Shown here: positions 48,678 through 59,495 of the stretch, piece by piece
Layout of the letters: the number at the start of each line of letters is the position of its first letter
Numbering within the stretch: the first letter of the stretch is position 1
Origin: Curvularia clavata
Lineage: Eukaryota
NCBI GenBank assembly: GCA_023920165.1
Contig: CP089274.1
Span: 62,001 to 126,000, forward strand
Direction: 5' to 3'
DNA: 64,000 nt
Program-made: the position numbers and the translations under genes
Notes under the pieces: model-generated
Seen by the model: only the letters and a program-made list of their open reading frames with translations
Told to the model about the DNA's origin: nothing
Databases searched by the model: none

Positions 48678-49093
48678 TGACTGAGTAAAACTGAGTTAGA
48701 TGAGATAGATTGGTACTCGAAACAATTTTCAACTACATATTTGAGATCTTGTGGGCGTTTCTCTGTGGACACGATGCATCCTTAGCGGGGGGTATGAACT
48801 GGATGGCCACATGTGTATTCCACTAAATAAGATTGCTAGCTACAACTCCTACTCTGCAGAAGTGATACAATGGCCCATCCCGACAATTTCTGAAATCCAG
48901 CATCAGGTGTATGTATGCTGTTCCCACATGTAGGAGAGTATGAGGCAGAAAAGACACGCTTCGTGAAAGAGTTCATCCGCTTCTATTACCCCATGTCCAT
49001 GTCTCAAAACTAGACTACGGTCTTTTCACAATGATCTGCTCATCCATGACCCAACGTCAATGCACCATGTTCCAATGCACATGCCTAGCCAAA

Positions 49094-50479
49094 CTAGCGA
49101 GACAAGACCTCGGAAGCAACCGAAAGGCTATAGCGGTCTGAAGGCGTGGGAGAAAGACGTGCTCTCTTCGCCGACAGTGGGCCACGACGACTGCGATGGG
49201 AACCACTCTCTGATTTGACCGCCCAATTGAAATTCACGTCTCCCTCAGTGTCGCAAAAGAATCCAGCGGGACGATCGCCTTGCATATCCATTGTCAATTC
49301 GAACGCGTCCTGGAGCCCGATCCATTTATCGAGGCCCTTCTTAACCACCCAGTCCCAGACCATCTGCATGCCCTGATCACCCTCGATAACCCGCTTCTCA
49401 GGACCGGAGACATAGTCACTGTCGATAGGGACTTGGATAGTTTGTTCTCCGTACTTGATTGTCGCCCAGTAGGTGACGGTGTAGTTGGAATATTTGGGAG
49501 GGTCCGCGGCCGGAACACTAGTGGCGTGACAGGTGTTGTGTGTGGGAGGCGAGTGATGGGATTCGCCCAAGGTGGGAGGAAGCAGTGCCTCGAAGTCCCT
49601 TGAAGCACGGCTGGGGGTGTTGACGTACCCAGGAGCAACTGCGCTTGCTATTGACCACTCGGGATGTCCGCAACCCCATTGATCATTGTCACCATCGATC
49701 CTTGCGCTCATGCAATAGTGGCAAACAATCCAGCCATCGCAAGTACACTTGCCAGGGTTGCGGCAGCAGTTGCAAGTACCCCAGGCGTCGCAGGTACACT
49801 TGTCAGCGGTGCTCTTTGAATCCAGGCAATACTTGCAACCATCCCAGTTACCCACCTCATTGCAAATACAGTTGTGGTCAGAGGTTGGAAGATCACCCTC
49901 GATTTTACCTGTCTCTAGGCCATCTGCTTCACCGCATGGATACTCCTCTGTGACAGAGCCAGGGAAATTTGCGTCAGGCTCCACACTCTCGCAGTAAGAT
50001 CTCTTGATACCGGTCTTGAAACCCTCATCGTGTCCAGAATCGGAGGGGTCGTTGATGTTGGAAGGGTAGTTGCAGAGCCTCCAGACTAGGTCTCCGTTGC
50101 GTTCTACCTTGTGCGGTAGCTCGTGATTGGGAGCGTGCTGAATGGCATGCTTCTCGGTGTCTGAAATGTGTGTGGGAGCCGCACTAGCTCTAGGCGTTGG
50201 AGTCTCACATCCCTTGTGCAAAGTATTGATCAAGTCGTCCCAGGCTGCAATCATGGGATCGCCTGGACTGAGGCGGTCTCGCAGCGTCGAGGATAATTGG
50301 ATCATCTCTGGGCCCAGCTGCAGGAAGCGGGACTTGGTATCAGCCAACTTGGTGTATTCGATATCGTAGGAGCTGCGTGGGGTGTATGCAGGCATGCTGA
50401 TTGTGCTCTGGTCGTCGTCGTTGAAGTCGATGGTGTTGAACACCTTGCTTGGTGCGTGATGCTTAGACTTGCCGTCCAT
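49094..50479 (-). CDS. Hypothetical protein with internal Cys-rich repeats
   Basis: Intronless ORF of about 461 aa from the ATG at 50479; three CxC..CxxC units. Confidence 0.7.
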   Translation of the reverse strand: MDGKSKHHAPSKVFNTIDFNDDDQSTISMPAYTPRSSYDIEYTKLADTKSRFLQLGPEMIQLSSTLRDRLSPGDPMIAAWDDLINTLHKGCETPTPRASAAPTHISDTEKHAIQHAPNHELPHKVERNGDLVWRLCNYPSNINDPSDSGHDEGFKTGIKRSYCESVEPDANFPGSVTEEYPCGEADGLETGKIEGDLPTSDHNCICNEVGNWDGCKYCLDSKSTADKCTCDAWGTCNCCRNPGKCTCDGWIVCHYCMSARIDGDNDQWGCGHPEWSIASAVAPGYVNTPSRASRDFEALLPPTLGESHHSPPTHNTCHATSVPAADPPKYSNYTVTYWATIKYGEQTIQVPIDSDYVSGPEKRVIEGDQGMQMVWDWVVKKGLDKWIGLQDAFELTMDMQGDRPAGFFCDTEGDVNFNWAVKSESGSHRSRRGPLSAKRARLSPTPSDRYSLSVASEVLSR

Positions 50480-50809
50480 GTTTGAGGCTTTCACCAGAAG
50501 AATTTGAGTAACAAGAAGTCTCAACAAAGTGTGGTGGGGAAGGGATTTTGGTTTGAGAGTTGTAGGGAAAGAAGAGCTGATAGTTGCAGGTAGAGGTCAT
50601 ACTTATTGATGTGTGGAGGCGCTTGGACGTTAATAGATGTGAGAGTGAAGCCGTTTGCTTGCTCGAACAATAGAAAGCGCTGATTGGTGACGTATGCAAT
50701 AGCTTATACAATAGCTAATGAGTGGGAGTGAAAGTGAGTCTTGGCGAGCCCGCTCCTCAGACCTGCTGCAAACGCTCCTTTGCCGCTCAGAACCAACCAT
50801 GCCATGGCA

Positions 50810-51584
50810 TCATTCCAGCAACGGCCTCCGCTCCTGATCTCTCGCATTCCACCAAAAGAAACCCCTCTGCCGCGTACCCTCATCGATCTCTTCAACCTCA
50901 AACTCCTTCTGATTCCCGGTGACTCTACGCCACCACTTGCCCCAGCCCTCTCCTCTTCTCACCCAAATTCCAGCGCTGCCATCCTCATACAAGACGTATC
51001 CCCCACGCCTCGCTCTTGCGCCCAGAATGAGCAATCGAATACACTTGGAGAGCCCATAGAGCACCAGTACACCGAACAAGGTACAAAAAATGGTAACTAT
51101 AGACGTCAAGAATGTGATGGTGGAAACCTGGCAACCCAAACCCGCCGTGCGCAACTCAAATCGCTCTGAGCCCAGCGCGCAGATACCATGGTGTCGGATG
51201 GGCGAGAGAAGCGGGAACGCTTTGGAAAAGGTATCTCGAGGGAGAGGGAGACAGGTCGAGGACTGTTGCCTAAAGCTCAGCACACATATTTCTCAAGACA
51301 CGCTCTAGCAATTCATATCACTGATAGTCACTGCGGCTATATTCCTGGAATTCGCCGTGGAAAGGGCATGCGATTAGAAAATGAGAAAGACGTACGATCG
51401 CGCACCATCCACAATGACCCTTGCTTCTGTGGCAATCACCGCAATCAGTATAACCCCAGCATTGTCGTAGTCTTTCCCAGTCGTCCTTGGGACTTGACTG
51501 GAGGCGCTGATGGATTAGCTCCGTCACGTTTATCGATGCGTCATTGCTGCGCTGGACAGAGGCTGTGGGACAATTAGACGACAT
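50810..51584 (-). CDS. Small single-pass membrane protein with a PSI (plexin-repeat)-like Cys domain
   Basis: CWGYTDCGDCHRSKGHCGWCAI|SSTCLP, then C..GSERFELRTAGLGCQVSTITFL and a TM helix; one intron. Confidence 0.75.
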
Positions 51585-51928
51585 TGGGGTTCTTGGTAAC
51601 AGAGCGCGTTTTAGTAAGGTGTTTTTCAGCAATGCGTCGTGAAAACGAGCAAAGGACTATGCGATGGCACGAGTGATAACGTCTGGGGAAGAGAGGGAAG
51701 TGGAGAACGTGGGGTTGGTTATGCATCCGATAAGCTCCACCCAGCCACCTGATCACGTGCACTCCACCCCTCGTTGGTGGCTAAAGTCAAGTCTAACATC
51801 ACATTGAGCAGTGTAGGTTCACAAAAATATGATAATGATTCAAATCTTGTTCAAAAGATATATACAAAGAAGAATGGCTTTATTTACAATGTTCCTGCGA
51901 AGCCAGGCAGGGAATAATCGACAGTCGC

Positions 51929-54602
51929 TTAGGCGGGGGTGCACTGGGAGAACCACGCGTTGTTGTAGGTGCACTTGTATCCGCTGACACAAGTCGAAGG
52001 GCCGGTATAGCCTTGGCCGCCGCATCTATCGCACCGTAAGCAGGTGTTTGAAAGTAACAGAGCCACAGTCGCTTACTGTTCCCAGGCCTTGGCTGGGCCA
52101 CTACCGTTACCAAGAGCGAGGATCTTGGCAGCGGCGTGCTCTGCGATCGTAACAATGTACGAGGTAGGGTTGGTGAAGATATGACTACAATGGTTAGTTG
52201 CGATCTTCAATACAGCAATACATACTTACCCAGGGAAGATGGAGGCATCAACGACGTGGATGTTCTTGGTTCCGTAGACCTGAGTGTTCAAATCGACAAC
52301 GGCAGTTCCGCCGTTCAGTCCGCTGTCAGTCCCAATCTTGGCAGTACCAATCCAGTGGTTGGCACGGCGCTTGGATGGGGTCTTGGGCAAGCTAGCGACG
52401 TAGTCTTCGACTGTCTGGCCAGGAGCAGGGACCTGGAACTCGATCTGTGGGTTCTTCTTGATGGCCTTGATCATGCTCTTGATTCCTGCAATGACCACAT
52501 CGGTATCGGCCTGGTTGACAAGGTATGGAGCCGTGCTAACAACCATGTTAAGAGCACCGTTGATGGAGAGGGCGCCTCGGGATGTGCTACCATGGCCGAG
52601 GTACTGGCTGATAGTCAGGCTGTGAGTGTCGTTGGCGTTTGGTCCCTCAACACGAGCAGTCCACTGAATGGAGCGGTCGATTCCATCAGAACCCTTGATC
52701 ATTTCCCAAGCAAGAGGACCGATGTTCGGGGCAGAGGTAGCGAGGATACCAGAGCGCTTGCTGAGGTACAGGTTCTTGTCAGCCTCAATCGGGGTGTTCC
52801 ATGCGGCGTAGAAATCGTAGTTGGAGACGTTGGGGTGGCGGACGACAAGGTCGGTGTTGACGTGGTCGTTCAAGTTTTGGCCAACAGGCAAGTTGATCCA
52901 GTCAGACTCCTTGATCATGGTCGCGCCATCGCGAGCGCTGCCCTTGACAATGTTGAGCTGGGCCTTTGGTCCGATACCACTGCGGAAGAGAAGCTTGGTA
53001 GATCCGAAAGTACCAGCAGAAAGAATGACACGGCCACCTGGGTTCAGCTTGACAGTACCGCAGTAACCCTTGCCGCCAACACCGCTCTCAAGTTCAACGG
53101 CAGTAGCCTCTCCTCCAGTGCGGATAATGCGGCGGGCCATAGTGTTGGTCCAGAGCTTGAAGTTAGACCTCTGGAGCGCGGTAACCATGTAAGTGCCGAG
53201 CGGTCCTTGCCTCTGGGCGTTGTCGTACATGAATGGAGCGTGAGAGAAAGTCCTGTTCTTCTGGTTGGGCTGGTCGTTGGCAACGACGCTCTTCCAGCCA
53301 TCAGCACCAAGTGCGCCAGTGAGAACATCGAAGCCCTCCTGCTTGTAACGCTTTCCATCCTTTGAAGGGGTATCGGTACCGGGAATGCGCTTGAAGACAC
53401 GGTCAATGGCGGGCTTGACATCGGAAGATTTCCAGCCAGTGGGGAATTGGTAGTCAAAGTCAATGTCGACCGGCTTCCACCAAAGCGCAGCGTTGACAGC
53501 CGCACCGCCGCCGAGGACGCAGCCAGCCATCTGGTCAATATCAGTGCATGCGACACCAGCGGAGTCGACCCAGATCTGGTTGCAAAGACCGGGGATATCG
53601 AAGCGGGTCAGGTTGTTGCTGAGAGCCCAGTCAGGGCCCATGTTTCCACCGAAGCGGGCAAGGGATGGCGGGCCCTTTTCGAGCAGCAGAACCTTCTTGC
53701 CGGACTCGGAGAGCTTGTCGGCTACGGGAATACCTCCAGCACCACCGCCAATGACAATGTAGTCGAAAGCATCGCTGGGAGCCGGGGAGCCTTGGCACGC
53801 GGTGGGCTCCGGGGTGCTGGTAGGCTGACCACCAGGAGATGTAGGTGAAGGAGTAGGAGAGGTTCCTGCCAATGCTGCCCACTGAGAGTACTTTGCGTTC
53901 CTGGCGGGGGCGACCTGAGCACCGAAGATGCCCTGGCCCTTGTTGTGCTGAACCCATGTGCCGTCGTAAACTTTGTCGTGCTGGGCCCATCCGACAACCT
54001 GGACCTCGCTAGTCGGCAGTTGGTTACCTTCAGCACCTTTTTGGTTCCAGACCCAGCAGTTCTTGCAGAGGTAGACGACCTCAAAGCTGCTGTCAGTAAC
54101 TTTGTGGTAGATCTGGCTCAGAGTCGCGTTGCCAGTGTAGTCGTCAGGGGCAACATAACCACTGGGATGAATTAGTGACGAAGCTATGAAGTACTGTAGG
54201 AGCAAACTAACGCAGCATAGTAGAAGCCAGTCTTGACGTCAGTCTTGTCAGGCCAGGCCACGAGAAGAAGGCCGTCAGGCATGCCACCGCGGTGACTGAA
54301 ACCGGACCAACCTTGGCCTGATGTGAGGGAACCTTTCTGGGAGGATTTAGAACACGATATAATACAAGATACACTGTTGTGGCGCTTACCATGTAACCAA
54401 TGTAGTCGTAGTTGTTTCCGGTGGTGCTTTCGGGCAGGGCCATACCCCACTCGAAGCCGCCAGCCGTCTCAGCAGAGCTGACTACCTGGCGCCAGAACTG
54501 GATACCAGTGGCATTGTGAGTAAAAGTGTCCTGGGCATAGGCCAGAGGAGCAAAAGTAGAAGACAGCAGGGCAGCTGCCTTTGCAACAGTAGAGCCCTTC
54601 AT
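51929..54602 (-). CDS. cdh: Cellobiose dehydrogenase, class IIA (AA8 cytochrome + AA3_1 flavin domain + CBM1)
   Basis: Signal peptide; candidate heme ligands GGM and QH; T/P linker; FAD motif [20 protein letters not shown]; catalytic ANHWIGT; C-terminal [31 protein letters not shown] (CBM1). Confidence 0.96.
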
Positions 54603-54787
54603 TTTCAGGAAGGAGGTAGTAAGGAGCGAATGTGAAAGCTGGTGGGCTGGAGTTCCGGAAGCCAGGGTGCCATCATGTTATATACACATTTCTTATAGTC
54701 GCCCTGGAGCGTGTGGCTGCGTGTGTAGGTATGGGATTGATGCCAATGGGCCAAGCCATTCCCCCAGGCACGTAGGATGGCAAGCGA

Positions 54788-54801
54788 CGGCAGTGCGCCC
54801 G
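54788..54801. promoter_or_regulatory. CGG-N8-CCG site (ClrB/ManR-type) upstream of cdh
   Basis: CGGCAGTGCGCCCG about 190 bp upstream of the ATG, near CreA-type SYGGRG sites and a GGCTAG. Confidence 0.55.
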
Positions 54802-56750
54802 GCGCGCTGGCGTGATTGGGAACAGCAGCATGGCGATTGGCTGGACGGTAGTGTGAATGCATTGCCAAGGGCTAGGGCTCGAGGTTAATATGCGTAGCAA
54901 TCATGGCGACATGGGGGAGGTGATTTATGTAGATTGCCTTAAAGCCGCTACTTTGGCCCAGTTAGGCAGCGCGAACATCCAAACCACTCCCGCACTCGTC
55001 CTTTCATCACCCACCCCAAACACGTCCGCGGGCCAGCACACACGGCCATTGGATTGCCATCCGCCCGTTGCTCTTTGATCGCGTGCCGGCGCCACTCCCT
55101 TTCTCGCTACCGGCTTCTTCGCCCATGTTCCGTCAAGTTGCCTCAAATGAAGGGCCACTCGAGGCCGCCAGGCTACATAGTCTGAGACGCTCCACACAAA
55201 TGCCTACGTTCAATCTATTATATTGTCGCTACGCTGCTGCGCCAGTCGCCATACAGGACGCCGTCTCGGTGCTTTCTTTGCCCTGCAATTAGGACCGTGT
55301 TTTTTTCATCTAATTGTCGGCTCCGCGCTCCTGCAACGTCTCTTTTGGCTATGCACGTGGTCCAAACGCCCCACGTGTGCAATAAACCTTCGATTCCCTC
55401 GGGCGCAAGGCGAATATATTGCCGGACGGACAATCCATGACCTCTATTGCTTTGTCATGATGAGCAATGGTACCGAGTTTGGCGTCAACCTTCTCTCTGT
55501 ACACTCATTCCGCGCTCGGTCGGGTAAGCAATATGCATAACTCAACGGCATATAGAGAGAATTCGGCCGCCGAGACAAACCCGTATCCCGCACTTGGAAA
55601 ACCTACCCCAGATGTTTTCCAATGCGCCTACTCGTTCCGACCAAGTGCATGAGCCCTCGCAATCTTGACTACGCTGCATGTTGGCGGCACAGTATGTACA
55701 CATGCACAGCATAAGGTCGAACCAATGCATTTACGGCACATGTTTGATCCGGTCCGAAGACTTGGTCTGTCTGGAGAGGAATATACTTCTTGTCCTTTGC
55801 TACGCAAACATGTTTCATGTTTCGGAAACCCCACTTGGCCGAACAACTGTTTCACGGCGTCGGCCTGTGATGGCTTGGAACTTCTAGAATAGGTGCAATT
55901 GATGTGCATCTAGTGCCCGCCTATCTAGCACGTCTTCCAGGATACCATGAACATTGCTTGTCTCAGCCTCAACCCGCGTTCCTTATGCACTTGGCAAGCT
56001 GACTCTAGTATGCTGGAAACGACCTGAAGACTGGGTGGCACAGTACCCTTGTTCTCCAGATTGAGACAGGGGCTTAGTCTTTTTGGATGAACGCGTCATT
56101 CTTGATGGCTTGGAACGCCGATGGTGTTTTGTTCATCAGTAACGGACCATGTCCACCAGGGTGTCGTGATGGCTGTTACAAGAATAAATTTTCCGCGTTG
56201 TTGGGCCGATGCGACAGATACATAGATTGGCCGTCTACCCGCTGGATTGATCGATAATAACTGCTTGGCTTCAGCCTCTATGCTAAAGGCTCACCGTCAT
56301 GTGAGAAGCATCAGTGTACCGATGATGACAGCACAAACTGTGATTATATAGTGTTTCTTTACGTGAAGCAGAGGGCAAAGTGCTATGATGCTATTCATAT
56401 CACAGCGTATCATCGTAGTATTCATGACTAACCCGTACATAAACTCAAATCAAACACTGTTTAACCTCCATGTTCCTATTGCACAGTCATCAAATATGAA
56501 GGCACCTTGTTTATGCACCCCGCAAGAGGCGGGCGCCGGTAGTTGGATCTAGCCGCGATGGTACCTTGCATCATTGGACCCCACCAGTCCCCAACGCCTC
56601 CGCTCTCCTGTTCCCTCCGCATGTTCAGGCAAGACAAGCAAGCAAGCAGCCGCCCGGTCGGACTAGCGCATAACACTCCACGAACCACTACCTTGTCGAG
56701 TCGCTGACGTTGAATCCCGCACATATCCCAACAGTCAGACATACGGAACC

Positions 56751-57363
56751 ATGCACGACGAGCGTGAGTGCCTGCGCAGGCAATACTACAACGAAAGCAT
56801 GAGGCTAACCATCTCTCTTTCCAGACCCCCACCCCCTCCTCGCCCAGGTCCCTCTAACCGTCTCACCTTTTCTCTCCCTCCCCACCGCCATCCCCCTGCC
56901 CTACTCGTACAAAACGCTCCCATCCACACTACCCCCCAGCATCCTGTCGCCTCCGGCCCACGCACAAAACGAGTCGTCGCCCGCGCCGCAACAAGACGAC
57001 GACGCCCAAAAACCCGCCTACGTTGTCTCGGCCTCAGGGACGTCCGCGCACCCGGACCAGATTCTCTCGTCGTGCGTAGCGCTGCAAGCGCATCTGAAGC
57101 AGCTCGAGGAAGACGCGCGCCGGGTGCTGGGGCAGTGGGAGGAGAAGAGAAGGGCAGAGGATCTGGCGGAGAAGAGGAGAGTGGCACCGGGATGGCTAGA
57201 TAGCGGGGTGCATATACTGAAGCCCGAGGTTGTGGGCGACCAAGGCGGTGAAAACAAGGGAAAGACAGAAGCAACGAGTTTGATGGATTTGGATCCGCAG
57301 GCGGAACAAAAAGCAAAGGAAGGCGAGGAGCTGGATAGGGTGTTCGGCGGGCTCAAGGTGTGA
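56751..57363 (+). CDS. Fungal hypothetical protein
   Basis: Exon 1 (56751-56763), intron GTGAGT..GCTAAC..CCAG to 56824, then MHDEHPHPLLAQVPLTVSPF..LPYSYKTLPSTLPPS..EKRRVAPGWLDSG..ELDRVFGGLKV. Confidence 0.75.
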
Positions 57364-57697
57364 TGAGAGATACTTACCTTGTTCAACAGCGTTACACACA
57401 TCACATACCCATTCCCAAGAGGAAGAGGAAGAAGAAGAGATATCAGGGGCACAAGAAAAATTAATACCAGATTGTAAACAACTATAAGCTATGACATGCC
57501 AGTTTTATCCCAGGTCCAGTGCCACATGTGCCTACAGCGAAACTCCCCCCAATCGCGACACGACATTACAGACATATGACAACCAAACACACGGAAACAG
57601 AAGGGGAATCTTGAAGGAGGAAGAATTTCGGGACGATGACACTGACTGCCGCGCCCAACTCGGCAAACCCACGACAACCACACAATGCACCACCCTT

Positions 57698-59102
57698 TTA
57701 GCGGCGGCCGTGGGAGCGGTTGACGCTGCCCTGGAGCGCGTCCACCTCGCTCTCAAGACGCTTAATCTCGGCGTGGCTGGCCTCGAGGTCCTTGTTCAGG
57801 CGGTCGCGCTCAGCAATAAGCTTCTGCTCCCATTGTCGGAAGCGCTGCTCCTCCACCTTGACCTGCTCGGTAAATCGCTTGCGGAGCGCCTCCTCCTCTT
57901 CCTTGAACTTGGGGTTGTCCAGCTTCCTTGGGCGTGCCTCGCCAAACTTCCTCGTCTCCATCTGGCCCGCTCGGTACGCTTCGTAGTGGTTCTCCTCGGT
58001 AGTGTGGATGAGGTCGAGCATGTGGGTTCGGATGAGGATGGCACGGAGCTTCTTGAAGTCACAGTGCTCCTCGTTCTCGACTTCGGCGACACCCCAGGCG
58101 TATTGTCGGCCCTTGACGGTGCGGCCGTCGTTGGTCTGGACATCCTTTTCGGAGCCAATGACGGAGAAGGGCATGGCGTCGATCAGGCTGCGAGCGTGCT
58201 GCATGGCGGCAGCGTCGTCATCCTCTAGCGGGGGAGTGTAGATCTTGATGCCTTGAGCATCGATGACCTGGCGCACCTGGAGACAGTGAGTATGTGATTA
58301 CCTAGACAACCGCATGTAGCAGACGTACCCTCATCTTGAACCTGGCAAGGTCCGTAGGGCTCAGTGTGTCGGCCTTGGCAACAACAGGAATGAGGTTGAC
58401 GCGTGTGCAGAGCTTCTTCATGACCTCAATGTCGAGGGGCTTCAGGGTGTGGCCCGTGGGGCGGATGAAGTACAGACAGGCGTGGACACGGAGGTCGATC
58501 TTGTCAGTGCGGCGTGGTTGCTGCTCCTGCAACATGTACGACTCGTGCTGGTCGTCGAGGAACTCGATAATGGGCTGCCACGAGTCGCGGTTGTTGACAT
58601 AGTCACCAAATCCAGGCGTGTCAATCACGGTAAGGCGGACTGCCAGAGTCAGTTGAAGGCACCAAGCCATGCAGTGTAAGAGTGTGCCTACCCTTGAAGA
58701 ACTTCTCCTCGAGCTCTGCCTTTGTGATTTCAATCTCGACCGTCTTGTCCATCTGCTTGTGGTGTCGTCGCTTGTGGTCGGCGTAGTTCTTGATCGTAGT
58801 GGAGAAGAGGGTGTTGATGAAGGTTGTCTTTCCAAGACCAGACTCTCCAGCAACCTGGGCCAGTTAGATGCTGTATCAGATGAAGACGAGACGGAAGCCT
58901 ACCATGATGGTGAAAGCAGCACCACGCTTGGCGACAATCTTGTGCCTGTCCTACGTTAGGCTTGACACTGCGTGTCCGCTAGAAAGAGCATACCTCTGGT
59001 TAGGGAGCTGGACGACAAGTTAGCAAACAACAAAATACAGAACAGTAGGATCAGACATGGACGTACATTGGCAATGCCAATTGGGGACGCGGACTCGGCC
59101 AT
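57698..59102 (-). CDS. CDC12: Septin, Cdc12/AspC group
   Basis: GIANLPNQRHKIV, GESGLGKTTFINTLF, DTPGFGD, RVHACLYFI, AKAD, GRQYAWG and C-terminal coiled coil KFKEEEEALRKRFTEQVKVEEQRFRQWEQ. Confidence 0.95.
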
Positions 59103-59495
59103 GGTTGGTGTGGTGAAGTGCTGGCGTATGTGTATGTATACGGGGAAAGGGTCTACGGGGACGTGTTAGCAGAAACAGCTCGATACAGCATGGCCCAATG
59201 CAGGCCAATATACCCAAGTGTGTACGTACAGACAGGGGATTCTGCGACGGGGCAGCTGAGGGGCGAGTGCAACGGAGAAGCGCAGAGGGAGCGTTGGGGT
59301 GGTGGTGTTGGACAATTTGGGCTGGGTCCCCTTTCTGCGAGAGTCGCTCGGTCGGCAGGCACGGGCCCCTTGCGGTGACCGGGATGTGCGCCTGCACCAC
59401 TAGCGCGTTCTGGTGGAGATCCGAGCTTGGAAAAAGTTCAAGACGCCATTCCCCCACAGCGACGCCATGTTCTTGTTGTTTTGCGCCATTTGAAC

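Noticed and set aside
52136..53365. 409-aa + strand ORF
   Set aside because: Antisense shadow of the codon-biased cdh gene; no independent motifs.
57491..58228. 245-aa + strand ORF
   Set aside because: Antisense shadow of the septin.
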